From the human T2T-CHM13v2.0 reference genome, Homo sapiens: a stretch of DNA of 64,000 nt. Where the stretch lies: positions 23,968,001 through 24,032,000 of the forward strand of contig CP068257.2 in the NCBI GenBank assembly GCA_009914755.4, in the 5' to 3' direction. Position numbers and translations under genes: made by a program. The notes beneath the pieces were generated by a model, which had not been told where the DNA came from, searched no databases, and saw only the letters and a list, made by a program, of their open reading frames with translations. Positions 1-19,171 of this stretch are shown piece by piece. How positions within the stretch are numbered: position 1 is the stretch's first letter; every line of letters starts with the position of its first letter.

Positions 1-337
1 TTGCTTATGTTGGCTGTCAGTGATGGCAGCTACCAGCCAATTGCGGCTCTGCAACTTTATTCCAGAATCCAGGCCATAGAAGCAGCCCCTACTTGGTCTT
101 GTGCTTCTTGTGGCAGAGGGAAAAGAATGCAGTTAACCACCTTGTGCACTGGCTCTTAAGAGCTTCTGTTCAGACTCACCTGTGTCTCAGCCACACAGTC
201 CCCTGGCCCCAGCAAGTCCCCTGGTCAAGATCAATGTCAATCAAGTAGGATGCCTCCTGCAGGGAGCCAGTAAATGAGGTTATATACTTCACATTCAAGG
301 AGGAATGCAAATCACTGGAATCAAGATTCAATAACAA

Positions 338-621
338 CGCCAGGTTTCATGGCTCACTCTTGTAATCCCAGCACTGTAGAGTGGCTGAAGTGAGCAGATC
401 CTTTGAGCTCAGGAGATGGAGACCAGTCTGGATAACATGGCAAAACCCTGTCTCTACAAAACAAATACAAAAAATCAGCTGGGTGTGGTGGTACTTGGGA
501 GGCTGAGGTGGGAGAATCACCTGAGCCCAGGAAGTCGAGGCTGTAGTGAGCTGTGATTGCACCACTGCACTCTGGCCTAAATGACAGAGTGAGATCCTGT
601 TCCAAAAGAAAAAAAAAAAAA
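338..621 (+). mobile_element. Alu SINE (internally shortened), A-tail 607-621
   Basis: Reads ...ggctcactcttgtaatcccagcact...gcactctggcctaaatgacagagtgagatcctgttccaaaag(a)n, matching the Alu consensus in forward orientation. Confidence 0.85.
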
Positions 622-1680
622 TCCAGTAACACAGTAATTTTCCCAAGATCGCAAAGATTATCTGGGGCTTAAACTCAGATCTGGCTGTCTCCAAACCCTA
701 TACTTTCTTTGTTCTCAAATTCATATGCTTTTTAAATCCAAATATTTGATTTTACATTTTCAAATCATTATACATTTACTTGTTGGGAAATTTTGTCTTT
801 TAATGTAAAGGTGCCTAAGGAAAAGTTTCACTCTCAGTTCTTTTCTTGATTCACAAGTTCTTACCAAAACCCCACACAGGATACCACTGTTGAGAGTTCT
901 TGATGCCTCTATCAGCTACCCCATTATTATGCCTCTATCAGTATCCCCATAAGATAGAGGAACATAACCTCTATCTTATGTTCCTCCTACTGACCCAACA
1001 TGCAAGATACCAAACATATGGTTCTGTGCCTCACAAAGCTGTACTTTTAATCAGTTTGTGTTAGTCCAGATACTCTGAAGAACAGATACCAAGACAGAGG
1101 TAAGTATGCAAGGAATTAGTTAGGAGAAATGTTTGTAAGGGAAAAGGGGAAGGTGGCCAGGTAAGGCTGACTCCATGTGAAGAAGAGAAGGAAGGAAAAT
1201 TGAATGAACGCATTCTTGACCACCAGTGCAGTCTAATAAAGTTTCAGCAAGATCATTAGGTAAATCCCCAAAGCCAAAGTGGGCATGCCTCAGTGTCCCC
1301 ACTGTGCTCAGTCTTTGGCTGGGAGCAGCCCCTGGGAAGCAGGAAGCATGTTTGCCTCAAAGCAAACATGTTATTTCAGAGTTCAGCAGCTGGGGCCCTG
1401 GGTCAGTTACACTGCCTGTAATTGAAGGTCTAGGAAGCATACAAATAAGCTGTATTTTGGGAATCAAATAATTGCAGAAGCATTTGACATGCATTTTACG
1501 TGTCTACATAATAAAAACACATTTGTATCAATTATCGCACATCAGGGGTCAACACCCTCTACTTCCACCTGAGGACAAATTGCTGTGAAATAACAAGAGA
1601 TGAATAGGCAGGTGTAACACATGGATTTTTTTTTCTCTTGGTATGTGATGTCATGAGGCTAAATGGTACCTTTATTTCTT

Positions 1681-1716
1681 TATATATATATATACGTATA
1701 TATATACGTATATATA
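1681..1716. repeat. (TA)n/(TATACG)n simple repeat replacing the L1 poly-A end
   Basis: tatatatatatatacgtatatatatacgtatatatac sits directly against the L1 3' terminus. Confidence 0.9.
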
Positions 1717-3110
1717 CTTTAAGTTCTAGGGTACATGTGCACAACATGCAGGTTTGTTACATCGGTATACATGTGCCATATTGGTTTGCTGTGCCCATCA
1801 ACTTGTCATTTACATTAGGTATTTCTCCTAACGCTATCCCTCCCCCAGCCCCCTACACCCTAACAGGCCCCAGTGTGTGATGTTCCCCTCCCTGTGTCCA
1901 TGTGTTCTCATTGTTCAACTCCGACTTATGAGTGAGAACACAGTGTTTAGCTTTCTGTCCTTGTGATATTTTGTTGAGAATGATGGTTTCCAGCTTCATC
2001 CATGTCCCTGCAAAGGACATGAACTCATCCTTTTTTATGGCTGCTTAGTATTCCATGGTGTATATGTGCCACATTTTCTTTATCCAGTCTATTATTGATG
2101 GACATTTGGGTTGGTTCCAAGTCTTTGCTATAGCGAATAGTCCTGCAATAAACATACATGTGCATGTGTCTTTATAGTAGCATGATTTATAATCCTTTGG
2201 GTATATACCCAGTAATGGCATTGCTGGGTCAAATGGTATTTAAAGTTGTAGATCCTTGAGGAATCGCCACACTGTCTTCCACAATGGCTGAACTAATTTA
2301 CACTCCCATCAACACTATAAAAGTGTTCCTATTTCTCCACATCCTCTCCAGCATCTGTTGTTTCCTGACTTTTTAATGATCGCCATTCTAATTGGCTTGA
2401 GATAGTATCTCATAGTGGTTTTGATTTGCATTTCTCTGATGACCAGTGATGATGAGCATTTTTTCATATGTCTGTTGGCTGCATAAATGTCTTCTTTTGA
2501 GAAGTATCTGTTCATATCCTTTGTCCACTTTTTGATGGGGTTTGTTCTTGTAAATTTGTTTAAGTTCTTTGTAGATTCTGGATCTTAGCCTTTTGTCAGA
2601 TGGGTAGATTGTGAAAATTTCCGCCGTTCTGTAGGTTGCCTGTTCACTCTGATGATAGTTTCTTTTGCTGTGCAGAAGCTCTTTAGTTTAATTAGATCCC
2701 ATTTGTCAATTTTGGCTTTTGTTGCCATTGCTTTTGGTGTTTTAGTCATGAAGTCCTTGCCCATGCCTATGTCCTGAATGGTATTGCCTAGGTTTTCTTC
2801 TAGGGTTTTTATGGTTTTAGGTCTTACATTTAAGTCGTTAATCCATCTTGAGTTAATTTTTGTATAAGGTGTAAGGAAGGAATCCAGTTTCAGCTTTCTA
2901 CATCCAGTTTTCCCAGCACCATTTATTAAATAGGGAATCATTTCCCCATTGCTTGTTTTTGTCAGGTTTGTCAAAGATGAGATGGTTGTAGATGTGTGGT
3001 GTTATTCTGAGGCCTCCATTCTGTTCCATTGGTCTACATATCTGTTTTGGTAGTGGTACTTTTATTTCAACATTATTCCTTATCAACTCTGTTGTGAGCT
3101 GAGGGGGCAA
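1713..3110 (-). mobile_element. L1 (L1PA-like) 3' fragment: ORF2 C-terminus plus 3'UTR, 5'-truncated
   Basis: The reverse complement matches the L1 3'UTR and end of ORF2. Minus-strand ORFs 2315-2515, 2585-2974 and 2898-3221 translate to L1 ORF2 peptides (e.g. ...[24 protein letters not shown]..., ...[11 protein letters not shown]...). Confidence 0.9.
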
Positions 3111-3111
3111 T

Positions 3112-3116
<5 letters not shown>

Positions 3117-3149
<33 letters not shown>

Positions 3150-3155
3150 CGCACA
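3117..3155. repeat. (GT)n microsatellite
   Basis: About 17 GT units followed by gcgagcgcac. Confidence 0.9.
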
Positions 3156-3699
3156 TAGGGGTGGAGGGGGTGAGAGGGTTCTGGAAAAATGAAAGGCAGA
3201 TGAATACAAAGATATATACATAATCTACTCCTTCAGCTATCATTTATCATTTCTCCTCAAACCATCTCTTTCTTATCAGAAATTTCCTAATAGTAAGGGG
3301 AGAACCAAGGATACAGATCACAGATAGACTTTCTTGTACAAAATATTTTTGTTTCATTCACAGAAAATATAATGTATGTACATATATGTATATATATGAA
3401 TTGTGTTAATTTTTATGTTTCCAACCCTCATTAATAAGTACTAAATAATGTTTATTTAAAATGTTGATGATACGGTAAGTGTTGAAAATTATAAATATCA
3501 CAACTTGAAGAGATAGTACAGATCATAATTTCACTCCCTTCTTTTAATAGGTAGAGAAGATGAATCACAGAAAGGCTAGTATTTGTCTCAAGGTCATATA
3601 AATGCTAGTATAGCATCTGGGGTCACTGGAAACGCCAGAGAATGCAGAAAATGCCAGGACTCCTGAAATTGGCATGTGGTCCTTAAAATGCTCTGAATC

Positions 3700-4075
<376 letters not shown>

Positions 4076-4690
4076 CTAAATCATCCCACCCTGCAGCAGT
4101 CACACCAAATCCTTCATTTCATAGCTTTGTGAACACTGCAAGAATTCGGCTCCTATTCTTAGAAAGTCAAAGAAGTGCTAATCCCTCAAACACATGTTAA
4201 TATGGATTTTCTTTGATGAAAAGGAACAAATACATTCTTCAAAAGTAAACTTCTCCCTGGTCCCTCATCCTATTTCAGAGCAAGAAAGCCTATTAGACTA
4301 ACAGCAAGCTCATTCAGAGTCTTTTAGAGGTGGGGGTGCTCATGGTTCCTTGGGAGTAGAGTTAGAGTTGATTAAGGTATCCTCTTTTGGTCAAACAAGA
4401 TGCTTTCCTTCAGAACCCCTTCCCCTTAATTATATGTAATTTTTTTCCTATTCCTTCATTGTTGTTTGAAATTCCCAGCCTGGTCTGCCTTATTCCTTGT
4501 CTCTTAGTTTTGACACTTGCCTGCCTTCCCTCCCCTCCCCACCATCCAATCTTGACCTATCCTGGGAAGAAGACACAGATGGGTCCTGATCACCCAAAAG
4601 CCACCTGCACCCACTGACTAACTCCTGAAATGTGGTATAGTGAGGGGGAAAAGCCTAGGTTTGATCCCAGCTCTCTCGCCTTTGTCCATA

Positions 4691-4691
<1 letters not shown>

Positions 4692-4722
<31 letters not shown>
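4692..4722. repeat. (CT)n microsatellite
   Basis: tctctctctctctctctctctctctctg. Confidence 0.9.
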
Positions 4723-6074
4723 GATGTACACTTAGGATATTTAAAGTATTTTGCTGCAGTGAGCATCTGTCTATGTAATATCTGTGCACTGGTGTAAGTA
4801 TTTCTTCAGAAGAGGTTGCTAGCAATGGAACTGCTTGGTCAAGGTTACATGCATATGACATTTTGATAGAGACTGCCAAGTGTCCATCAAAGTCGTTACC
4901 ACACAAGACACAGCAGAAATATGTTTCTTTTAGATAGCACTTGTGAATATTATCCTGGTGATAAAAGGCGACACCTTCATGCATCTTTGCGTTTGTGACT
5001 AAAGTCCAGAGTCACACCCTCTAATCTTCCACCTTTTTTGTTTCATATTCAAGACCTTGTCAAACCTAGCCTGGCACTTATCTATTGGGGTCATCACAGA
5101 AAATGCAAACCCAGAGCCCGTAATTTCAACTTCTTGTCAATCTCTCATCCAAAGGGCTGGATTTTATCTCTAAATCCTGTTATTACCTTTTCCACCACAC
5201 AATTGCATATCTTTAATTAGAATGAGTTTATCCAGCTGGACCTTTCTTAGTACTTTCCTCTTGATTCCCTGTCTCCTAATTGTTTTTACATTTTTTTTGT
5301 TGTTTTACATTCCACAAACAATGTAGTCTCCCTATCAAAATTCAAACTAAGAATATTTAGGGAGTAAAGCATGAAAGTCTTCCTTCTTAATCTTTTTGTA
5401 CTATCTATATGTCTATAGCTATATCTCAAATATTATTTTGTAATCCATTATTTAATATCTAACTGTTCCATACTGATGGTATTTGGATTGCTCAAATAAA
5501 TCCCCAAATAGAAGTGGTAAGGCAATGAAATATAAGGACAAGAAGAATAAAGAAAAAATAACTCCCTGAACAATTCTCTCTGTGACAACTGTGGGAGTAT
5601 TTTGATAACTGTTGGCAACAGGACACTGCATGTGATGTGGGGAAGGAAACCTTGGCATTCAAACAAGCAAATGGTTTGGCGACAGTTTATTAAATTTCTG
5701 CCATGCTTGCAAATGCCAGTAGCAATTTCTCAGACTGCAGAATTGCTACACGTGTCAGGTTTGAGACTGTTTCACAATCGTCATCAAATAATTCATCCTT
5801 CAAAATTAAAAATTATATGAACTCTTTGAGTAATCGTCACTTCTAAAACAAATGTTTTACTGGAGTTTATGGATTTCACTTGCGCATTTTGAACACTTCT
5901 GTGCCATAGAATGAAGATAAGCAAAGCATCCAGGTAACACTATATGTAATTTAGTCTTACCGGGAGATTTCTATCAGACTATTAAATCTTCTTCAGACAA
6001 AAATAGTCCCCGTTTCTTCTTACATTTATAGCTACAAACGCCCACCTTTTAAAAGACTTCAGCATTACACTTTA

Positions 6075-7915
<1,841 letters not shown>

Positions 7916-8613
7916 TTCTGACCTGTCTGGCTGGCCTTCTGAGAGGATGCCTAATTCCTAGTCCGTTAATCATGACGCTTGCCTCTTCCCATCAATCTTG
8001 ACATGCCTGGGGAGAAGACACAGCTGGGTTCTGACCACCAAAAACTAGCTGAATGCAACCATCATGAACTGCCTCTGAGTGTCTAATATAACATAGGCTG
8101 CAGAGCCAAGCTGCCTACATGCAAATCCCTGCTCTCCACTTCTTGGCCTTGTAACTTTAGGCAAGTTCATTTCCACTTCATGCTTCCAATTAATCATATG
8201 AAAAACTGCATTAATAATAATACCTGCTTCATAGCATTTGGGGATGACTAAAGCACTTAATGCGTAGATGGCATTTAGCACACTATCAGGTCGTTCAATA
8301 AAGCAGGTTATTGCTACTGCAACTAGCCTCTTCATACCCTGGAGGCTGATTCTAACCCAGATTTTTGGGTGACTTTTTACTCTACTTCACATGGGAATGG
8401 CAGAAGTCACCTTCACTAGACTCTCTAATGCAGCAACAGGCACTAGACTTCTTTGCTATGCCATGAATTGGCAGCACAGCCATTTGGGCATGGGAAGCAA
8501 GTTAGCACATAACCACAGTTAAATGCAATTATATGTGTTTTTTAATTTTACAATTTTCTGAATCAAGTGTGTATCAACTAAAGGGACAGTTATTACCTCA
8601 TTCTTAGAAAAAC

Positions 8614-9118
8614 AACTGTATTATGGTTTACTAGAGAAACAAACCAATAGATCATATGGATTTAGATGATATAAATGTAATAAATCTGTAATAGAGAGAT
8701 TTATTATAAGGAATTGGCTCATGCAAGTATAGAGTCTGAGAAGTCCTATAATCTGCAGTTGGCAAGCTGGAGACACAGCAAAGGAGTTGGTATAGCTCCA
8801 GTCTCAATCTGAAGACTGACAGCCAGGGGACTGATGGTGTAAGTCCCTGTCTGAGGGAAGAAAACCAATGTCTGTGCTCAAGCAGTCAGGCAGACAGAGT
8901 GACTTGTCCCTTCCTCCGATTTTGTTCTAGTCATGACCTCAATGGATTGGATGGTGCCCACCCACACTGGGGAAAGCAATCTGTTTTACTCAGTCAACTG
9001 ATTCAAATATTCATCTCTTCCAGAAACAGCCTCACAGACACACCCAGAAATAATGTCTAATCAGATATCTGGGAACCCGTGACCCAGTCAAATTGACACA
9101 TAAAATTAACTATCACAG
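8614..9118 (-). mobile_element. MaLR solo LTR (MLT1-like)
   Basis: It starts as the reverse complement of an MLT1 end (ctgtattatgg...tttattataaggaattggctcatgc). It ends ...cagtcaaattgacacataaaattaactatcacag, the reverse complement of the MLT1 start TGTGATGGTTAATTTTATGTGTCAA. Family name is from memory. Confidence 0.65.
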
Positions 9119-9717
9119 GTCTACCCCTTGTCAACTTGGCATTCATACACTTCTCCTTAACCCATACTTAATCTTCAAATAAAAACATTAACAAGATTAT
9201 AATTCCACCTAACATGATTCAACTGTTTTGTGTACAATTGAAAATGCACTAACTCCTTCCACAGAAGAGATGACGTCCTTGAGTGGTGCTTATTCTTCTT
9301 GATATCCCAAAAATTAAATACTAAGATGAGAAGTAACAGTACTTAAGTACTAGGAAGTCAAGTCATTATTCTTATATTACATGATAAGGGAATGAGAGGA
9401 AAGCAAACAATGATATTTGATATGTACATGTACACATACACATATAGATATGGATATGTATGTGTATATATACAACAAAATATTTACAATAAAATAAGGA
9501 GGAAATACTCATGATAACCATGGTCCTCATTTCTGTAATGGTCACATAGCCATAGTTGGTATTTATAACTACCTTCCTCCACTACCCCATCTATATTTTC
9601 TTGCCTTCAGCAATCACCTCAGCTGGTTCTTTGCCTTGTAGAGTGACTCAAAACTTCATTCCTAAAGGGACTAGGCCAGTAGTTGTCCTGCACGGGTTGG
9701 ATTATTATAGTTTTCTT

Positions 9718-9853
9718 TTTTTATAATTTTTATTTTTTCGTAGAGATGGGGTCTAGCTATGTGGCCCAGGCTGGTCTTGAACTCCTGGCCTCCAGTGATC
9801 CTCCCACCTTGGCCTCCTAAAGTGCTGGGATTACAGACATGAGTCACTGCTCC
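9718..9853 (-). mobile_element. Alu left-monomer-like fragment (FLAM or truncated Alu)
   Basis: tttcgtagagatggggtctagctatgtggcccaggctggtcttgaactcctggcctccagtgatcctcccaccttggcctcctaaagtgctgggattacagacatgagtcactgctcctggcc is the reverse complement of an Alu left arm. Confidence 0.8.
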
Positions 9854-9854
9854 T

Positions 9855-12400
<2,546 letters not shown>

Positions 12401-12796
12401 TTGAAAAAAAAAGCAGGGAGTGTGTTTGCAATTCCAGTTTTCAACTTTTCACTTACTTACAATCTGATTGCTGTTTGTGCAATTTGGGTGAATTTCCCTG
12501 TTGGTAGAAATCATCTCTGATAACCATGGATTTTATTCTCATCCCTTTCCTCTGCAATCTAAAATATTTTGACACCAGAAGGCCCTGAAGGTACAAGTAA
12601 GTTGCATGAAAATCAACCCAGTGTGCTCTTGCATGAATAAAAAATTTCCATCATTCTGTCAATGAGAACTTGAGAATCTAGGTGGTGATATATAACACAT
12701 GGCCCAAATGTTGATAACTGATTATTTAATTTACAAACAGGCTGGCTGGCTGATTTTTACTTGCCCCAGTTTCATGACACCCCGTAATAGTTTAGA

Positions 12797-13313
12797 GCAG
12801 TGGTTCTCAAGCTTTTTTCATTATATCCCCCACCCAAGTAACGTTTTTAGACCTTTTCCTAATCTCCCCCGTGACATTTTAATGCAGTTGATCAATGATA
12901 TATCTGTTTATGTACTGTATATGTATCTGTGTTTTAAAGATTAAAAGAGTAAGCTTTTTCTTCAACCCTCAACAGAATAATTTTCTTTCCCTTGGGAAAA
13001 TATTGCCCCTGCTTGAGAATGCATGGCCCAAAATAGGTATCCAGATTTGATGCAGTAAGAAAATGTAGGATGAACAATCTTCCTCAAACGTGGCTCTTCT
13101 TTGCAGCTTGTTATTTTCAGTAGCAGAAAAGGAGGTAGCTATTTTATTACATTTGAATATTGCCTTGCTGTTCCGTGTGGTCCACGATCACCAGCACCTG
13201 GGAGATTGCTAGAAATGCAGGATCCCAGCCTCACCTTGTCCTGCTGAATCCAAATCTGCATTTTAACAAGACTCTCTGTTGATTCCGATGCATGTTGAAG
13301 CCTGAGAAGCACT
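12797..13313. mobile_element. Non-autonomous DNA-transposon remnant (MER-type, hAT-like) with imperfect terminal inverted repeats, interrupted internally
   Basis: The left end reads gagcagtggttctcaagctttttt. The right end reads ...ctagaaatgcaggatcccagcctcaccttgtcctgctgaatccaaatctgcattttaacaag...gagaagcactggttgag. The CAGTGGTTCTCAA...TTGAGAACCACTG pair is the hallmark of a common human MER family. Exact family is not determined. Confidence 0.45.
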
Positions 13314-14034
13314 GGTTGAGAGTTCAGTCCCCTGCTCAGTTGGAAAACATTAAGTGTAACTTAGTGTGAATAGAAAAAAATAGGCATAGGCCCTAAAACC
13401 AATGTTTAAGTCTCCCCATCCCTTTCTCTCAAGTCCTCACCAATACCCCAAGTTTCTTTCTTAAAAGTCATCAGTATTACTTTTCCAACTTAGACCTGAG
13501 TGTATTTTGTTTGTGTGTGTGAGAAAGGTTAATTTTATTTACTTCTCCTAAGCAAGCAAGGGAAAGGGCCCGTGGAGTTTCACCCTGCTAGCTCCTCTGC
13601 TTCTTTCCTTGTGCTCTTCTATTCTAAAAAGCAGGGACCTTAGATTCAGTTGGACAGAGCAAGATAAAAACAAGAAAGAACACAAATTTCTGTTTTTCTC
13701 CCCAATAAATTGGACTTTCAACTCTCAGTCAAGACCTCTTTAAAGTTAAACTTATTTTAATAGTGATCATTTCTCTTGGATCAAGTGAATAAGTGGACCC
13801 AGGAACACAATAAAGAGATTTTCTCTATTTTTGCTATTTTGAAGAGCCAGCAAGTTAGTGCAGGGAAGAGGGTATAGAATTAACTCAATATACTTGGGCC
13901 CTTATTTATGAAGATGAGGTTAACTTATTAATTTTTTTATGTATGTGAAATTTTGAAATATGTGTGAAACATTTCAACCATACAGAAAAAGCAGAAAAAA
14001 TAGTGTAACAAATTCTAGATACTCACACCTAGTA

Positions 14035-14400
14035 CTATGGTCTGAATATTTGTGTTTCCCCAAAATTCAGATGTTGGAACCTAATCCCCAATGTGCTGGT
14101 ACCAGGAGATGGGACCTTAGGGAGGTGATTAGGTCATGAGGGTAGATCCCTCATGAATGGGATTAGAGCTCGTATAAAAGAGCCAGAGGGCACCCTCTCC
14201 CCTTCCACGGTGTAAGGACTCGGTGAGAGGCATTATCCGTGAATCAGAAAATGGGCCCTAGCCAGACACTGCATCTGCTGGCAACCCTTTGATCTTGGAC
14301 TTCCCAACCTCTAGAACTGTGAGAAATACATTCCTGTTGTTTATAAGCCACCCAGTTTATGGTATTTCCTTATAGCAACCTGAACAAACTACAGCACATA
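14035..14400 (+). mobile_element. ERVL/MaLR-superfamily solo LTR (MLT2/MST-like)
   Basis: Starts tatggtctgaatatttgtgtttccccaaaattcagatgttggaacctaatcccc and continues ...ggaggtgattaggtcatgagggtagatccctcatgaatgggattag...cttggacttcccaacctctagaactgtgagaaatacattcctgttgtttataagccacccagtttatggtatttccttatagcaacctgaac. Confidence 0.7.
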
Positions 14401-15054
14401 GGTTAGCAATTTGCCACATTTTGCTGCTTCTTTATTTTTCTGAAGTATTTTAATATAAATTATGGATAGTATGACATTTCACTTCTAATTCTACAGTGCG
14501 TATGTTTTTTTTAAGTAACTTTTTTATAAAAGATGAGTTTTAATTAACTAAAACTGTTGAGTTTAAAACTACAGGGATTTCCAGTAGCAAAAAGCTTCCA
14601 TTATTCTTCCTATTGCTTTTTCTCCTAATAGCAAAGGTCAAGAAAAGAACTTGAACCTGCTAGAATTGTTCCAAGTACCAGCTGAGGCTTTATTCTTTGG
14701 TGTTTCAAAAAAAGCCTTGACAGTAGAAAGCTAAATTCTCTTTCATCATAAACCATTGATAAACTGTGGTCAAGTTGGGCCAAAAGCCAAATCCTTCCTC
14801 ACTGAAAAAAATGCTGTGGAAAGATTTCGCTAAATAACAGTAGCTCTTTCTTAACTAAGAATCTCAGTTAATATTTTGGTGCTTTTAAATGCAGAAAGAG
14901 GAAAGGGAGGGTAGAAAAAAGTGATAAAAGGAGAATCAGAAGAGAGAAAAGAAACAGATGATCTTATGAATCCCCAATTTATATCCCCCAATTAAGGCAT
15001 CTCTTTCTTCTGTCTCCCTATATCCCTTTCTATTCTAACATTATTGACCCACTA

Positions 15055-15383
<329 letters not shown>

Positions 15384-15539
15384 ACTTTAAACAGAGACAG
15401 GGAGAAAATGTGTTCCAGTTCAGTGGCCGGGGGCAGTAAAGAAAAAAATAGCTGTAGTAGCTGAGTCCAGGTCGCTTACCATTTTGACATCTTTCCAGCC
15501 CTAGTATATGGTTTTGCTATTAGGAGAATTGCTTAATCT

Positions 15540-15831
15540 GGCTGGGTGCGGTGACTCACGCCTGTAATCCCAGCACTTTGGGAGGCCAAGGTGGGCAGAT
15601 CACTTAAGGCCAGGAATTCGAGACTAGTCTGGCCAACATGGTGAAATGCCGTCTTTACTAAAAATACAAAAATTAGCCGGGTGTGGTGGCACATGTCTGT
15701 AATCCCAGCCACTCAGGAGGCTGAGGCAGAAGAATCACTTGAATCAGGAGGTGGAGGTTGCAGTGAGCCAAGACTGTGCCACTGCACTGCAGCCTGGGAG
15801 ACAGAGGGAGACTCCATCTCAAAAAAAAAAA
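15540..15831 (+). mobile_element. Alu, full length (first of a tandem pair)
   Basis: ggctgggtgcggtgactcacgcctgtaatccc...gatcacttaaggccaggaattcgagactagtctggccaacatggtgaaa...actccatctc(a)11. It is flanked by gaattgcttaatc on both sides. Confidence 0.95.
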
Positions 15832-15844
15832 GAATTGCTTAATC

Positions 15845-16156
<312 letters not shown>

Positions 16157-18443
16157 TTAATCTTTGTTTCTGAATTTGCAGACTCAAACATAAGAGCAGT
16201 GTAGTTTTCTATTTGAAAATGCCTTTAAGATCACATATCTCAGTCCCATTTTCTGTATACAAGGAACCAAAGTTCCAGAGGTGTTAGGTGGCTTCTCAGA
16301 CACTGGGTCTGAGGGAAAAGCTTTTTGCTTCTGGAATGGCCAGTATATCTCTACCTTTGATTTTTAGTGCTCCAGGATGTTGAGTCCCTATCCTAGGAAG
16401 GAATGACAAGGATGGTCACTTCCGCCACAGGCCCTCACCCTGCATCCTGCTTGTTAAACATCATCCACCCCAAGGGGCATTTTCAAAGCCTCTGCTGTTC
16501 CTTGCCATTGTGTGCCCTGGCTCCAAGCCAACAGACAAGCATTTGAACTTCTGTCTCTGTGATGACGTCTAGCTTCAGGGAATCAACAGCCTGGCCTTCT
16601 TTATAATGCTAAGCTTCAAGGAAGAAAATATCTTGCAAAACTGGTCCCATTCCCAGGAGCACTCCCATCTATAAGGTGCATGGCCAGCCTTATCATTCTG
16701 TGAAACAAGGAATCATTTTAAAGGCTGTGATACAAGAAAATATCTCCTTCTTTGACTTCTCCTGAGAAACAGAAATCTTGGCTAGTGGGGTAGACAGAAT
16801 GTTGTCACTTAACAGAATATCAGTTATGAAACTAAACATTAATCTGCTGCTGTTCCAGTAAGCTACTTTTCAGTAGGGCCTAAAAGAGCATTCCAGAAAG
16901 ACTAAAATCATCCACCTGGCTTAAAGGGGGCAGATCCAAGAACACAGCGGAATTTCTAAATCTTTGGAAGTGAAAATGCATCATTCTGTTTCTTGTACAT
17001 CCAATTTTCATTGTAGCAAGGGAGATCAAGTTTATCCATGGTCTCTGACATCTTCTCAAAGATTTCTAAAGACGAAAGAATGCAGCTGATGCTGTTATTT
17101 TAGGTATAGAATTCCGTCATCATTAAGAATTTGATTAACAAAAATATATATAAATGTTTACAGCTATTCATTAGAGAAAAAATGCGTTCAGGATACATAG
17201 TAAACACCAAATAAATCATAAGCAGCCTGTTGTTGCTACGTACACTCTTATTTATCTGTCTTAAGTTGGAGTACCTAATAAATTCTGTACTTCAAAAGAA
17301 TGTCCTAAGGTCTAGATCCATAAAAAGGGCAACAATGGATTTAATCTTTTTTTTTTCTGTACCCCAGGACAAATTCACAAAAATGCAAAGGATTATTCTG
17401 AAGTTGTGTTTTTCCTTGTTGGCACAGTGGGAGAAATATTCTCTTGGCGAATAGGCAAAGTAATAGAATCAGCTACTAATAACTCAAGTATTACTGTTGC
17501 CAATTTGGCCCCATGAATGAAACACTTTAAAAACTGCCTGACTTTTTTACTAAGTACCCTGAAGAAATAATTAGACAAGGGTATAAATGTATAAGAATGT
17601 GCATCACAGCTTTAAAATGTTTAAAAAAATCAAAGTGACCTAAAAGTAAATAAAATGCAGTTTGTTCAACAAGTTATTATATCCCTACGGCCAACACAAT
17701 GGTGCCGTCAGGGCTGATGTTGCAGTAGATTGGTTAACTTGGAAAGATGGTTGTAAGAATGAAGGTAACGTGGCTGAGCTGTAGAGTAAAGCCTTCAGAT
17801 ACAGATAGACCTGGAATCATGTCCTTGTTCTGCTGTTGGCCAACTGGATGATCTGGAAATTTATCTCACTCTGACCTTCATTTCTTTCATGTGAAGAATC
17901 AAAGTTGATAATGAAAATAGAACACTTGGCACTGAGACTGGCATATTGAGATACTGAAGCTTAAAAGTACCATCGGCTTAACAAATATGCTGTTGTTTTA
18001 AAAACTTATGTACGTTATATAATCATACTCCTGTCAAATGACATATGGATTTATATATTCATCCAGTAGCCAAATATTTATTGAGCATTTATTAACAGAC
18101 AAGCACTTTGTTAGGCAAAAAGACTATATAATAACAATAAGCCAAAAATGACACAGACTTTGCCTTCAAAGAGTCCTGCTCATGACTGATTGTGATCAAT
18201 TAAGTGTGAAACCCCAGCTATAATGCAAGAGAGGAAGGGGATAATGAGAGCTTGCAAGAGTGGGGTTGGATTCAGTTGGGAAGGGCAGGGAAGTTTCCTA
18301 AAGAAATGGCAGCTAAGCAGAGGCAGAAGGATGAGTAGGCTTTGACTAGATGAGATGGATATAAATGAGGAGCAGTGCACATAACAGTTAGGCACATTGA
18401 GTCTAGAGTCAGCCAGGTGTGCTTCCAAAGCTTGCTCCAGCAC

Positions 18444-19170
<727 letters not shown>

Positions 19171-19171
19171 C

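Noticed and set aside
347-694. Many 60-120 aa ORFs with peptides like ...[35 protein letters not shown]... or ...[23 protein letters not shown]... (e.g. 347-694, 3761-4103, 15052-15327, 20905-21138, 22567-22782, 34401-34637, 43971-44324, 44984-45271, 55280-56393, 58612-58875, 59637-59957, 61017-61454)
   Set aside because: These are the standard sense and antisense translations of Alu elements. Each coincides with an annotated Alu. They are not genes.
2315-3221. Minus-strand ORFs 2315-2515, 2585-2974, 2898-3221 with reverse-transcriptase-like peptides
   Set aside because: They are fragments of L1 ORF2 within a 5'-truncated L1PA 3' end, which is a dead retrotransposon copy and not a cellular gene.
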